64,000 nt of DNA from Octopus sinensis (lineage: Eukaryota), in assembly GCF_006345805.1 (NCBI RefSeq), contig NC_042997.1, forward strand, positions 205,158,001-205,222,000, read 5' to 3'. Both the position numbers and the translations under genes were made by a program. The notes under the pieces are model-generated. The model saw only the letters and a list, made by a program, of their open reading frames with translations, made no database searches and was not told the DNA's origin. Positions 49,509 through 63,665 of the stretch are shown piece after piece (within the stretch, counting starts at the first letter, position 1; each line of letters starts with the position of its first letter).

Positions 49509-50680
49509 GTGTGGTCGCCGTTTGTGAGGCACGCATTCCCGCAACTCGTCTCCATGACCGAACTACAGTCGTGGATCAAAAAGAGGCCGAGGAAGGGCGA
49601 ATGGCACCGCGAGTGTCGCGTTGCTCTCAAGCAACTCTGCCGTCCCGGGTCGACCTTGAGTGACTTCAACACAACCAAAGCATTCTATAGGGGATTAGTG
49701 GAGGGGAGGTACGACGACGAGCTCGGGGCAAACCTGGGCGTCGACGAGGAATACCTGACCCGCCTGTTTCAAACGACTTTCGGCCCGGACCTATGGACAA
49801 CTTCCAGAGATCCCTGGCCTGGCGGTGCTACCGAGAAGCGCTACCCGTTCGGGATAAGCTCTATAGGCATGGCTCGAGAAACACGGGGCCGACCTGCCCG
49901 AGATGCGGGCAGAGCGACGAAACCGCTCTGCACGCAATCGTGCAGTGTCCAGCAATTTCCGACCTGTGGGCTTATGTCGAACGACTGCTGTCACGTGTGG
50001 GACGTGTCGGTTTATCAGCCGAGTCTATCGTTAATATCGTCACGCCTCCTTCCTTCAAACGGGAAGGAAGAGCTATTTTTATCATACTTGTGGCTATGGC
50101 GAAAGAATGTATCTGGTGGACGCGCCTGAAAGGATTAGAGACAAACACTTTCCTCTCTGGTCAATCTCTCATCAACTTCTTCAAGTATCACTTGAAGAGG
50201 AAAGTGAGAGTAGAGAGGCAAGTTTTGTCTAGTGAATGTTTTAAAAAATGATGGGTGAATGTAGCAAGGATGGCACGTATGAATGACGAAGCCACCTTGA
50301 CTATGATTCTATGAACCATAAAAATTAATACAGAGAGTTGCTTATTTGCAAAAAAAAAAAAAAAAGAAATATAACATGTGACTTCATTGACCGAGGTTAC
50401 CGTGGTCTTTTCCGTAGGCTTTTCTTTCCACGGGTAAACATCACCTGTCCTCCCCTTTACACTTCATATTGACATTTCTGTGATAACGATCCCTATTGAT
50501 AATTTTTTCCTCTCCCCCCCTTTTTTTAACCCCCCCTCTTTTTGTCCTCTTTCTCTCCTTTTACGATCCCTTTTGATCGAAACTCCCCCCTCCTTTTTTT
50601 TTTTAACCTTCAAAAGAAAAGCTCTACCTTGTAATTTGTTCTATCTGTGTGCAGCCCTGTGTGGCTAATAAAGAAACATA

Positions 50681-50767
<87 letters not shown>

Positions 50768-50768
50768 G

Positions 50769-50815
<47 letters not shown>

Positions 50816-51350
50816 GTCTATCTTTTCGCCTTCCTTCTTGACTATTCGTGACTACAGCATATGTGGAGCACCTTGTCTACCACCACTAGGTCCCGGTGTA
50901 TTATGCAGTAGTGTCTGATCTGTTTCGATTGGGAAATCTCAAAGGATTTTGCTAGTCTCCGTCTCCGCGACTTCTAGTGGTTTGTGGTCAAATCTTAAGC
51001 ATTCCTTCTCTGTCGCAGATTCGGCACAGCAGAGACACTTGTTCATTCCTAAGGTTGACCCTCCAGTTCGTGGCCAAAGCTTGGTCTTGTGCTGCCGGTC
51101 TCTTTTTTTAGGGTTCCTTTCATCAACCAATCCCACCTCCCTTTCCCAGCAACTTCTGTTCTGGCTACATGGAATTGATTGTGTAGTCCCTTCTTGCGTA
51201 ATTCTTCCTCATGTCCCTTTTTGTACTTCTTCCTTTGTTTTCACATTTCTCACTGCCATCAATACTCAGTCGTTCCTAACTGTCGCTATGAAGGTTTCCG
51301 TACTTTGGGCTTAATATCTCATTAAGCTCTCGCGTTCGATACGTACGCAG
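49120..51350 (-). mobile_element. R4/Dong LINE (same family as 36190-37590), split by (TATC)n and a Tx1 insertion
   Basis: 50820-51350 matches 36720-37350 and 49120-49400 matches ~36200-36445. Confidence 0.8.
49509..50678 (+). mobile_element. 5'-truncated L1/Tx1-clade LINE
   Basis: AWRCYREALPVRDKL...CPRCGQSDETALHAIVQC (zf-RVT CCHC); AATAAA at 50667; (TATC)n on both sides. Confidence 0.85.
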
Positions 51351-51859
51351 ATATTTTATTGTCCTCTGTTGCATTTTTGTTCATTTTTATATTTATATAT
51401 ACAATATATTTCTTTACCAGATCGAATTGTCTCAAGTGTAACTGCCCGAAACAGTAAGGACATCTGGTAACTTGACTGAGGAAGAAGGCCACGGATGCCC
51501 CGTCTTTTCCCCCCTGTCCTTCTGATTGTTGTTTCTCCTGTCCGTCTTTGTATCGTCTCTCTGTCCGAATGTTTTATTGTCCTCCTTTGCATTTTTCTTC
51601 CATCATATATATATATATATATATTAATGTAAGATCCAGTTATCGTGGCATAGGAAGAAAGTTAGGTTCAAACAATCAGTAGTAAATATAAAAAAAGCGA
51701 ATTTCAGGGTCAATAGATGTTTATTGAAACAGAAGATCGCCGATTTTTCTCGTATTTTATATTTCACGGTAGGCGACCAGTGTTGCCGGGTGTCCCAATA
51801 AGGATCAAATGCTTACTGAATGGAGTAGATATCTGGATCTTATATACTACATTCTCTCT

Positions 51860-51911
<52 letters not shown>

Positions 51912-51912
<1 letters not shown>

Positions 51913-54900
51913 CTTTATTTTAAGCAGCAGAAAATTCAACAAAATCTGTTACTCTGAGTTTCTCGTTGCCGTTCATCAGACAGTTTTTGCTAGAATGGAA
52001 CTTATATATTAATTCAATCTATACTCTTACAAACGCTACACCTTTAAAAAGAAATGGACTTGTTTGATTGGCCCTTTAGAAAAAACGGTCAATTTTCGAG
52101 CGATAAAAAAGGTCAAAAATATATGTATATATATATAAAAAACTATAAAAATTATAAAAATTATAAAATCCGAGGAAAAAACCGAGGAAAAAACCTATTG
52201 CCGTTAATGAAGACAGTACAAATTAATGCATAGAAATTAAACCTGTTATAAATACTGCAATACATATTTATATTAAAATCCACATATATATATCAACATA
52301 CACAAAAGGATGCGCGTAAACGCCATACATACATATACAGACGTATGAATATGAATCTAAATATATACACATAAAAGCATGTGTACATATATTCACGCAA
52401 ACCGTCTCGCACGCAAGCTAAAATTCATCTATGTAGCAATTCTCATATACTGAGCAAGGAGGGGGAACGAAAGAAAGGGAAAGAGAGAAAAAGGAACGAA
52501 AGAGGGGGGGGGGAAATTGTAGCGATGTTATTGGCATCTATAGAGCCAGTATACATACACAAGTTTGAATTGATACATATACATACCGTCGTGTGTATGC
52601 GTGCTTAAGCACAAGCATACTTTCACTTACACATACACAGATACGCATGCTTACAAATACATATGCTTTGCTATACATATACTTATAAAACATTCTAATT
52701 TTGACAACATTGCTTTTTTTTAAAAAAAACATTGCTTTTAAAAAATGGGTGCATTAATAAAAATATATACGAAAGACATATAAAATAAAATATAACATCC
52801 TATTTTGGGTCATTTAAATAATCAAGGTAATATAAATAATCAAGGTAATCCTATGCAATACAATAACATGAAAACAAAGTTTGTAGGTTTTTCCTAATAT
52901 ATATGTAGAAACAATAAGACTTTGCTATAGATCCGTCGTAGCGCTTAAGAGTCAAAATCAAAATCAAAAATCAAAATACAAAATATATACTCTATCCATA
53001 TGGTATATTTATATTCGACATTTTAAATTTAGCCGCGTGCCTACATAAGTTCATTAACTCACTTCTTTGATTCAAAGAATTATTGTCTTTGAATAAGATG
53101 TGCATTTTCTCTAATAAGCAAAGCTTGCACTTGAAATATATTTGTAAGCTCCATGCCTGTATGGTGCCGCCCTGTCCAGAATTCTCCATGTCACGTTGAA
53201 AGGTGGGGCTTCCTTTTCTTTTAGTTCCCAGACATATTTTGCTAGGCTGGTTTTCTTCCTATTCTCTGGGTATTTAAAAGAATTCTTATGAGAATAAAAT
53301 CTTGTTTTAAATGAATTTTCTGAAGCCCCTGTGTATGTCTTGTATTCCGATGAGCCTTCCACTTGCACCTTGGCTCTATATAAACTACTCCTTTCACTAG
53401 ACATTTCCCTTCTAACGGACAGGAGCTTTCGTTTTTGAAATTACATTTCTTAATGGGCTCGGCACCATGTCTAATCTCAATTAGCTTCCTATTATGTTGG
53501 CTAATGTAAGAGGCGAAATTCTGCAACAAGAATAGCTAACCTTCAGGGTTCTTCTATTAAATATTCTGTAGAATTTATGACCCTGCTTAAAATGCTTAGA
53601 GACTAATCTCAAAAATTCCTTACCTATATTAGTCTTTACGGCCAAATTGAAAGCCGGGTTGAACCACAAAACTTTCCTGGTCCTAGTTCTTCGTGCAGCA
53701 TTATTATTAGCATTAAGCTGGTTGAACTGGATCTTCCCCGAGAATCCACTATTCTTTAATGCGCTATCGTAATAAAGTGCAGCATTATGGAATGCTGCCT
53801 CGTCCGAAGAAATTGAAGATATTCTTCTACCTACATTGCTGACTAAGTTGCTAAGGATAACTGGTGGATGGTTCGAATCTTTGCTAATATACGATAGCTT
53901 TTCATTGGGCTTACGGAAAGGTTTAAATCTATCCGATCTTACATTAAAATTTACGTCTAAAAAATCTACACTATTCAGGTTAGTATCTATCGTAATCCGT
54001 AAGCCCATCCTTTGAAAGAAAGCTATAAGGTCCTTCCTAAGTCTATCTGATTCATGGCCGTTTAGATTATGCGTGGCTATAAGGCCGTCATCCCTATATA
54101 GACCTGCATCTATAAATGGGAATTCTATTTTTAGATTATGGAGAATAAAGGCTCCTATGAGCATACATAATTCAGCCCCGTCGTATGCCCCCATCGGTAC
54201 ATCGAAAAGAGAATCCTCAGTCTTCTTAATCCAGGTGGAATCCTCGAAAAACAGAAGCGATTTCCTCGCATGCATAATAATTTCAATTTCCGAGCTATCG
54301 ATGTTGACATACTGCTTGGCGAAGTCCAATGCCCTTAGGAGCAACGTCCTAGATATCGACGGGTAAAAGTCAATAATGTCGAATTGTGTGAAACTACAAT
54401 TATTCTTATAGCTAATACCTTTAACCACTCTATAACTGACTTACTATTCTTCCAAATTCTCAAGTCTACTTCACTATCTAACTTAACTAACATACGGTCC
54501 AAAATATTTTTGCTAATATTCCTATCTCAGTTTTAGCCGGATTTATCAATCTACATTTGGGGTTTCTACTAAAATTGTCTTTATGGTCTTTCAGAGTAAT
54601 AAAAGCTGGTCGTGGTGAAAGGTATTCATCTATCGCTAATCTTAAGATCGTTAGCTATTCCTCTTGCTTCTAAGTTCACCTCTTTGTATATATTCGTGTT
54701 GTCTTTTTTGTATGTGTCCGTGACACTATTCGAAATCAGGCGTTTATAAACGTCCTTATCAAGTGCATATAAGTTCCTTGTCTTGTCAGAATTAACGAAG
54801 ATCTTATTCGAGTCGTTAATCTCCTTAATTTTTTCTCTCATGTTTTTTTGCAATTGGTTGGTAAATTTGCGGAATTTAATTTTCCTAATAATCTCGAAAA

Positions 54901-55605
54901 GGTCTTTCTCGAAGGCTTCTAATTCCGGAATCGGTGGCGGGTTTCTGGGAGATTTAAATCCATATTTGTTACCTTCTATTTTCTGTTTATTATCAAAGAA
55001 GAAGGCTTTCCATCTCAGTCTTCTAATAAACTCTTCCGTTTTCTCTATAAGACCTTTGATATATTGTTTCCGTGCAGGGATAGGTATATTTTTCTGAGAA
55101 AAATCCAGAGGGGGTAAAGTTCCATCTTTTTCAGCTGTTTGTTCTTCCTACTTGCAGAGTCGCTCAAACTTTTACAAGGAGCGGGTTAGACCGGAGTAAA
55201 CACATAAATGTGAAACAAGGTGGAAAAAAGAGTACTCAAATACCAGTGGTAGAGTAATATGCTTTATTTTAAGCAGCAGAAAATTCAACAAAATCTGTTA
55301 CTCTGAGTTTCTCGTTGCCGTTCATCAGACAGTTTTTGCTAGAATGGAACTTATATATTAATTCAATCTATACTCTTACAAACGCTACACCTTTAAAAAG
55401 AAATGGACTTGTTTGATTGGCCCTTTAGAAAAAACGGTCAATCTTCGAGCGATAAACAAAAAGGTCAAAAATATATGTATATATATAAAAAAAAAACTTA
55501 TAAAAATTATAAAAATTATAAAATCCGAGGAAAAAACCGAGGAAAAAACCTATTGCCGTTAATGAAGACAGTACAAATTAATGCATAGAAATTAAACCTG
55601 TTATA
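51912..55605 (-). mobile_element. Near full-length Penelope-like element with direct pseudo-LTRs (~51912-52250 and ~55260-55605)
   Basis: KNIPIP..FIRRLRWKAFFF..YGFKS (N-terminus); FDIIDFYPSI, MGAYDGAE, LYRDDGL, FLDV, SNHPP (RT); VVYRAKV..YTGASENSFKTRFYSH (GIY-YIG); several frameshifts; start codon near 55125. Confidence 0.93.
51941..51988 (-). ncRNA. Minimal hammerhead-like motif in pLTR (also 55290-55337)
   Basis: AAAACTGT-CTGATGA-ACGGCAACGA-GAAAC-TCAGA-GTA-ACAGATTTT; weak stem II. Confidence 0.6.
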
Positions 55606-55621
55606 AGGTAAAAATACACTC

Positions 55622-55739
<118 letters not shown>

Positions 55740-55742
55740 TAT

Positions 55743-55773
<31 letters not shown>

Positions 55774-55854
55774 TATCTATACTATATTATATATATATAT
55801 ATATATTATATATATATATACATATATATATATACATACATATATATAACCACT

Positions 55855-56485
55855 AGTAACACCGTTTCGACGAAGAAATACGTGGGCCTTACAGAGGGTA
55901 ACTTCAAGGCCAGCTTCAATAACCACACTTTGAGCTTTAGGCACTGGAACAAAAGAAAAGCGACACAATTATCTAATCATATTTGGTCTTTAAGAGATAA
56001 AGGTGTCGATTATAACATACAATGGAAGATTTTGGCCAGATGTAAGCCCTATACCAACGGCAGCGGAAGGTGCGGTCTATGCGACATGGAGAGATGGCTT
56101 ATCTGGAAAAGCAGCTTAGACCCTACTACATGTCTAAATACAAGGACAGAACTTTTCGGATCATGCCCACATGGGACTAAATTTCTGTTACGTTTTTGGT
56201 CCCCTAAAGAAAACAGATAGAACATGCTTTCTATGTTACGTCCCAAGAAGATTTTATATATTTTTTATGTATTTTTATATAATTTTTATGACGAAAGATG
56301 CGAGCGATGTATAAGTACGCAGGCAAGCAGAGTTATAACATTGTAATTTCCCTTTGTATAACGGTATTTTTTCATAGCGTTTTCAAATAGCCAGATAACC
56401 GAAGAGATGGTGTTGTGGATTTCCACTTCGGCATCTGAAACTCAGAGTTTTATCTTCACTATTGAGTAATGTAACATATTATTAT
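55855..56485 (+). mobile_element. Penelope-like 3' fragment + pLTR (same family as 43385-44900)
   Basis: Reverse complement of ~43390-44030; [14 protein letters not shown]...[14 protein letters not shown]. Confidence 0.9.
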
Positions 56486-56503
56486 ATATATATATATATA
56501 TAT

Positions 56504-56710
56504 TACGGAGATGTACTCGCATAGCAAGTAATTTGATCTGAGATCGTGTGCTGAAACGAAAACAATTGCAGCGTGGAAGGTGTTTATAAGCCATTTAAGA
56601 AACACACAAAAGCCGTTCGATTCACTTCAACATTTAAGTTTAATTTGTCAAAATATTTTCGTCGCTAAAATCCGCGACCTGTTCACTGACAAAGTCCGTG
56701 CTGCATCTCC

Positions 56711-56713
<3 letters not shown>
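56504..56713. mobile_element. Small MITE in (TA)n
   Basis: Terminal inverted repeats ACGGAGATG(T/C)A / TGCATCTCCGT. Confidence 0.65.
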
Positions 56714-56751
<38 letters not shown>

Positions 56752-57089
56752 TTAGACTTTTATATTTCCGCTAATGAACTGGAATACCTATGATTCGAAT
56801 TTAATCAAAATTTGGAATGAAGAATTTTAATTAGAGCTCTTTCCCTCTTTACACAACCTAACAAAAATTCTAATCATGACACATTTGTCCCTTACTACTC
56901 ATGTTTATGCCCAGATTCCAAAATCCTAATCTTATGGAACCTATTCCAAGGGCTTTTGCTCCTGAAAAATGGAGCTGATGGAGCTCTAAAATGTGGGAGT
57001 TAAGGCCCTTATTGGAGGAGTGGGGGTGTCTGAAAGTCAACTAGAGTAGTTAAATTGTTAGGAATCTTTTAACTTACTTTTTACTCTTT

Positions 57090-57485
57090 TACTTGTTTCA
57101 GTCATTTGACTGCGGCCATGCTGGAGCACCGCCTTTTTAGTCGAAGAAATCGACCCTCAGGACTTATTCTTTGTAAGCCTAGTACTTATTCTATCGGTCT
57201 CTTTTGCCGAACCGCTAAGTTACGGGGACGTAAACACACCACCATCGGTTGTCAAGTGATGTTGGGGGACAGACACAGACACACAACACACACACACACA
57301 CACATAAATATACATATATACGACGGGCTTCTTTCAGTTTCCGTCTACCAAATCCACTCACAAGGCTTTGGTCGGCCTGGGGCTATAGTAGAAGACACTT
57401 GCCCAAGGTGCCGCGCAGTGGGACTGAACCCGGAACCATGTGGTTCTTTAACAAGCTACTTACCACACAGCCACTCCTACGCCTA
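57090..57485 (-). mobile_element. SINE family 1 (further degraded copies ~62495-62780 and ~62920-63305)
   Basis: Same consensus as 15845-16225. Confidence 0.87.
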
Positions 57486-58101
57486 TGGGTCTTATATCTA
57501 TTGAATGTTCACTGGGTTTGTAAAAGAGAGCAAAGCTATAGGAAACCAAAAGACGAATGATCACAATAAGCAGTCAGCTACCCTACCCTCATCGTTACTA
57601 CTCCCCAATGTAGGATTCCTCACCATTCAGGTGACGGGCACAACCATAAGATGCATTCCGGATCTATAGCAATTGGAAGGATGTGGGGAAAGTGTCACCT
57701 CTGGAGTTTGCCAATTATCACTATGCCGATAAGTAACTAGACAAAATAAATTTGAAATCTATAAATCTCTTTGAATAACCAGTCACTTATCTGCGAAGGC
57801 CTTGAAATCAATGTTCACATCTGAGGACTATCTCTGACCCAGTGAAAATAAAAAGACCCAAAGGAGATCTGCAACCAAATAACTTTACTCAACACTTTGG
57901 AGGCAAAGATTCTCCTCCTTTACTTGACAATTTATTCACCACATTGCAGAAATCACAATCTAAGTATATCTCAAAGCAAACTCTTACACTGTTGTACCAT
58001 TGAATTACAAATAACGGTCATCTTTTATGCTCGGGTGACCCTACAGCTTCCAAGTGTACAATTGTATTCATCTTGGCTTTAAATAAATGAGTAAATTGTA
58101 G

Positions 58102-58142
<41 letters not shown>

Positions 58143-58899
58143 GGTATGTAGAAAAATACAACATGGACAAGAACGTATAACTCTTAGAAGACGATACAAT
58201 AAACACGGACAGGACATTCGAAACCCTCAGTCTTCAGTCAAGAACCGGATCATCGTAGTAATTTCGGCTGATTAATCTTGAGATTACTAGATCACGGCCA
58301 GCCCTCCAAGAAAAACTAAGCAACGAGCATTAGAAAAACTAAGCTAGGAGCGTAGATTTCCTGGAAGAAGGATCGAATGCATACGGACACCAGGACAGCA
58401 AAAGGGACGAATATAAAAAAACAAAAAAATAATGGAATACAGAAACATGAAATACAGAAGCATTAACGGTGAAAACAGCAACAAGTGTCTTACGACTGAT
58501 AACAAGCATATATATATATATATACATAAAAGAGTTGCGGAATGGATCAGATAAGACCCGGATCTTAGCTATTCCATTCCGTAAATCTATATTTCGCATA
58601 TATGTAGAAGATATGTAGAAGGTTGAAAAGGAACACACGACTTGATATATATGGAAAAAAAGTCAAAGTAGAAAATGCTAAAATAATTTTATAAAAAACA
58701 TTTCAGTACCGGTTTCAGTCATTGAGACTTTTTCAACTGTAAGTATGGAAAACAATTAAATTTTGGAAAAATTAAATGAAAAGTTTTTGAAAGAATTTTT
58801 GCATAGAATTCAAATACAAGGGACATTTTCCTTGTTTCTGTCTGTCTCTGTCTCTCTTGTTTACTCTTGTGGGTTCGAGGTCGTTGTGAATTCATGGCA

Positions 58900-58985
58900 G
58901 GGAAGAAGAAGAAGAAGAAGAAGAAGAAGAAGAAGAAGAAGAAGAAGAAGAAGAAGAAGAAGAAGATGGAGAAGAAGAAGAAAGA
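58900..58985. repeat. (GAA)n microsatellite
   Basis: Direct reading. Confidence 0.95.
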
Positions 58986-59508
58986 GGATGAGGAGGGGGA
59001 GGAAGAGAAGGAGAAGAATGAAGGAGTACCGTGATTGTAATAGGATGTTAAATGGTCAAGTGCCCTGAAAGTGACTTGTTGTGGTTGGTAGTAGTGATTG
59101 AATTCTTGAGACATCTCTTTTGAATGTATTGTTTATAAAATTTGCGTTGGTGTTATTCTAACCAGCAACAGTGGTAAAGTTAGGAAGGAGGTGGCGGAGG
59201 GGAAGACGAAGAAGAAGAAGGAGAAAGGGAAGGGAGAATAAGAAGGAATGTAGGTGGTATGATTGTAGTAGGATGTTAAATGGTAAAGTGACCTAAAAGT
59301 GACTCGTTATGGATTATAGCAGTGATTGGAACTGTTTTTTAATGAATTCCTGGGAATCTTAAATGTATCATTTTTAATATTTGCGTGTGATGAGGACAAA
59401 TATCCGTCAAATGTAAATAATATATATGTACACACACACACACACACACATAGTAGAAATGTGTTACAAAAAGAAAATATAAAATATAAAATACACGTGG
59501 AAATGTAA

Positions 59509-59682
59509 GGGGAAAATAAGAAAAATCAACGAAAATGCACATTGTAAATAAAAAAAGAAAAGGCTTTTTATGAAAGGTAACGACAGATATATACATGTAT
59601 ATATCTGTCGTTACCTTTCATAAAAAGCCTTTTCTTTTTTATTTACAATGTGCATTTTCGTTGATTTTTCTTATTTTCCCCC
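59509..59682. repeat. Near-perfect ~174-bp loopless palindrome
   Basis: Centre ACA|TGT at 59595/59596; arms differ only by one base in an A/T run. Confidence 0.93.
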
Positions 59683-59876
59683 TATATATATATAGATCGT
59701 TAGCCACTACACACATTTTTTCTCTCCTTGTTTTTTCTGTCTCCCTTTCAGTAGAAGAGCGTAAGCTCGAAACGTAAAAGACTTTATCTATTCCTGAGCG
59801 TTATACTAATACACCTGTTTATTTTGTACACCACCTGCCTTCGTCTTTTGTTTTTCGTAAACTCTCCCTATATAAG

Positions 59877-59985
<109 letters not shown>

Positions 59986-60010
59986 TGTATGTATGTATAT
60001 ATATGCATGT

Positions 60011-60041
<31 letters not shown>

Positions 60042-60323
60042 ACTGTATGATCCAGGGATTGAGGTGCAAGAAGAAAGTATTCTTCATGCAATCCATAGTA
60101 GATATAAAACAACAATTTATAGGGACTGTAGTGGTTTATTGAGACAGAAGGTTGTGGATTTCTTTTGTATCGAAGTACGATAAACAGAAAACGTTCCTTT
60201 TATATTTCACGGTAGGTGAACAGGGTTGCCAGCTGTCCGTGTACGGATTCAAGAGTTACTGAATGGAGTAGATTAGATCCTAGCTGTAACCCTGATCATG
60301 TCTGCACCATTCTGTAACTCTTG

Positions 60324-60374
<51 letters not shown>

Positions 60375-60472
60375 ATAAAAAAGGTAAGACAACAAAAGAA
60401 AGATACCTCGATATTATGTAGATAGAGGAATTTATCTGTAAATGTAATATGTGACAATTATTCGGTTGCCCT

Positions 60473-60533
60473 GATAAAACTCCGAGTTTCGGATGCCGAG
60501 GTGGAAAACCACGCCTCCATCTCTTCAGTTATC
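60473..60533 (-). ncRNA. Type I hammerhead-like motif with canonical core
   Basis: GATAA-CTGAAGA-GATG.AGG.GTGG(TTTT)CCAC.CT..CATC-C-GAAAC-TCGGA-GTT-TTATC; relative of the pLTR motif at 43424. Confidence 0.65.
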
Positions 60534-61260
60534 CGGCCATTTTTCCGATGGCCGAAGAGATGGCGGTGTGGTTTTCCACCTCGGATAGATATATCACTGA
60601 GAGCAATAGATTTACTTGGCGGTCTTGTTATCTCTATTCTAGCTTTTGTTGAAGTAGAAGAGGTTAGAAAGGGTCAAGTAGTGAAAACATTATTTCGGCC
60701 TAGCTAAAGGCATCTGGAAAACGTAAAATTGCTGTCAGAGAAGAACCATTGTTCCACCGTGGGAAAAGTTCTGGAGCAGTGTTAATTTAAATTTGGTATA
60801 GTGGATCATTTTGGCCGCTATGGGCTTTGCACTAAATCACTAAATCATCCATAACTTTTGTATTATCCTCTCAAATTACACTAAAATCTCAGACAATAAC
60901 AATTAATATCGTATTTATTGTGTGTGAAAATTATAGAAACTAAAACAACTTTGATAAAAACTTATACCTACTTTTCTGACAAAAACAATGCCGTTCTGAA
61001 CATTTTGGCCGCAATTGTATATAAATCTAAGATCCAGTGACCGAGGTCTAAGAATAAAGTTATCTTCAAGCAATCCGTAGTCAATATTACAAAAAAAAAA
61101 TCTTTCAGAGATAGCGCTTTATTGAGACGGAAGTTTGTGGATTTTTCTCGTATCGAAGTAAGATAAGCTGAAGAAGTTGTTTTTATATTTCACGGTAGGC
61201 GACCAGGTTTGACGGGTGTCCGAATAAAAACACAGGGTTTACTCCATAACTCTTGTGTGT

Positions 61261-61299
<39 letters not shown>

Positions 61300-62106
61300 C
61301 GTGCGTGCGTGTGTGTGTGTGTTGTGTGTGTGTGTGTATGTGTGTGTGTGTGTGTGCGTGTATAAACGAGGGTACTACATGAGTAGCTGCATCGCTAAAA
61401 ACAGAAGTCAAAAATATTTTTCTGCAACGGATCTGTCACAAATCTAATACAGGCATGGTAGGAAAACATTCCAGTGAACAGTAAAATCGTCTTACCTCTG
61501 GTAGGTGAGCACAAGTAAAGCTGGTCAATCTGATGCCATGGTTTTCAAATTAGTACCAAAATGGTGCCTGTTTCTCCTCAGTCACAATCAGTCGACGAAC
61601 TAATACTAAAATTTTCCCCACAATGCCTGAAAAACTATTTAAACAAAAGAAATACGTGAAACTATCTATAAGTAAATATAAGAGCGATTGTACTACTAAA
61701 ATGCCATCAGTAGTAGTAAGCGAATATCAGCTGTACAGGCAAACTAATAGAATATATACATACAATATAAAACATGTACTTACATGTATATATACACGAA
61801 GGTGGTACATAAATAAGTGCATCGCTAAAAATAGAGGTCAAAAATACTTCTCGGTCACGGAACAGTCACAAATCTAATATACGCAATGGCAGGAAAAAAA
61901 TCCTGTGAACAATATAATGGTCTTAGCTCTGCTACATCAGCACGAGTAATTCTGGTCAATCTGACACCAGGGTTCCGAAATTAGCACACAAAAGTGCCTG
62001 TTTCTCCTCATTGAGGGTCTGGCAGATACCTACTACTAAAGTGCCGTAGCACAGAAGTATTTTTGACTTCTATTTTCAGCGATGCAGGTACTCATGCAGT
62101 ACTCTC

Positions 62107-62166
<60 letters not shown>

Positions 62167-62173
62167 TATATAT

Positions 62174-62215
<42 letters not shown>

Positions 62216-62356
62216 AATACACACATATGTATGTATGTGTATGTATATATACATAGATAGATATATGTAACAACAAACAATGCACAATCTTATCTTTATT
62301 CAGGTCACACCAAAAAACCAGCCATTGTTTTAATTGCAGTAACTCACACACACACA

Positions 62357-62401
<45 letters not shown>

Positions 62402-62424
62402 ACACACACATACAAACATATGCA

Positions 62425-62463
<39 letters not shown>

Positions 62464-62857
62464 GTATATATTCTTTTATTCTTTTATATGTTTGAGATGA
62501 CTGCGGCCAAGCTGCAGCACAGCCTTTAGTCGAAAATTCGAAAACTTATTCTTTGTAAGCCTGGTACTTATACTATCGATATCTTTTACAGAACCGCTAG
62601 GTTACGGAGACATAAACACACCAACGTCGGTTGTCAAGCGATGGTGAGGGTATAACTCCCGACACACTGGCACACACGCGCAAACACACACACACATAAA
62701 CGACAGGCTTCTTTCAGTTTCGCTCTACCAAATCCACTCACAAGGCGTTGGTCAGCCCGAGGCTATAGTGGAAGTCACTAATAACTAGGAAAATATGTGT
62801 GTGTGTCCACGTGTGTTTTTGCGCGCGCGCGCGTGTGTATGTGTGTGTGTGCGTACC

Positions 62858-62892
<35 letters not shown>

Positions 62893-63309
62893 TTCTTTTA
62901 TTATTTTACTCTTTTACTTGTTTCACTGATCTGATTGCGGCAATGCTGGATCACCAGCTTTAATCGAATAAATCGATACAGGACTTATTCTTTGCACTCC
63001 TGGTACTTATTCTATCCCAATGTTTTTGCCGAACTGCTAAGTGTCGGGGACATAAATACACCAACAACGGTTGTCAAGCGAAGGGGGACGGGGGACAAAC
63101 ACTGACGCAAACAACAAACGCATATGTATATATATATATATATGCGACGGGATTCTTTCAGTTTCCATCTACCAAACCCACTCTCAGGGCTTTGGTCGAT
63201 CCGAGGCTACAGTGGGAGACTTGCCCAAAGTACCACGTAGTAGGACTGAACCCAGAGTTATGTGGTTGGTAAGCAAGGTTCTTACGAAACAGCCACTCCT
63301 GCGCCTATA

Positions 63310-63665
<356 letters not shown>

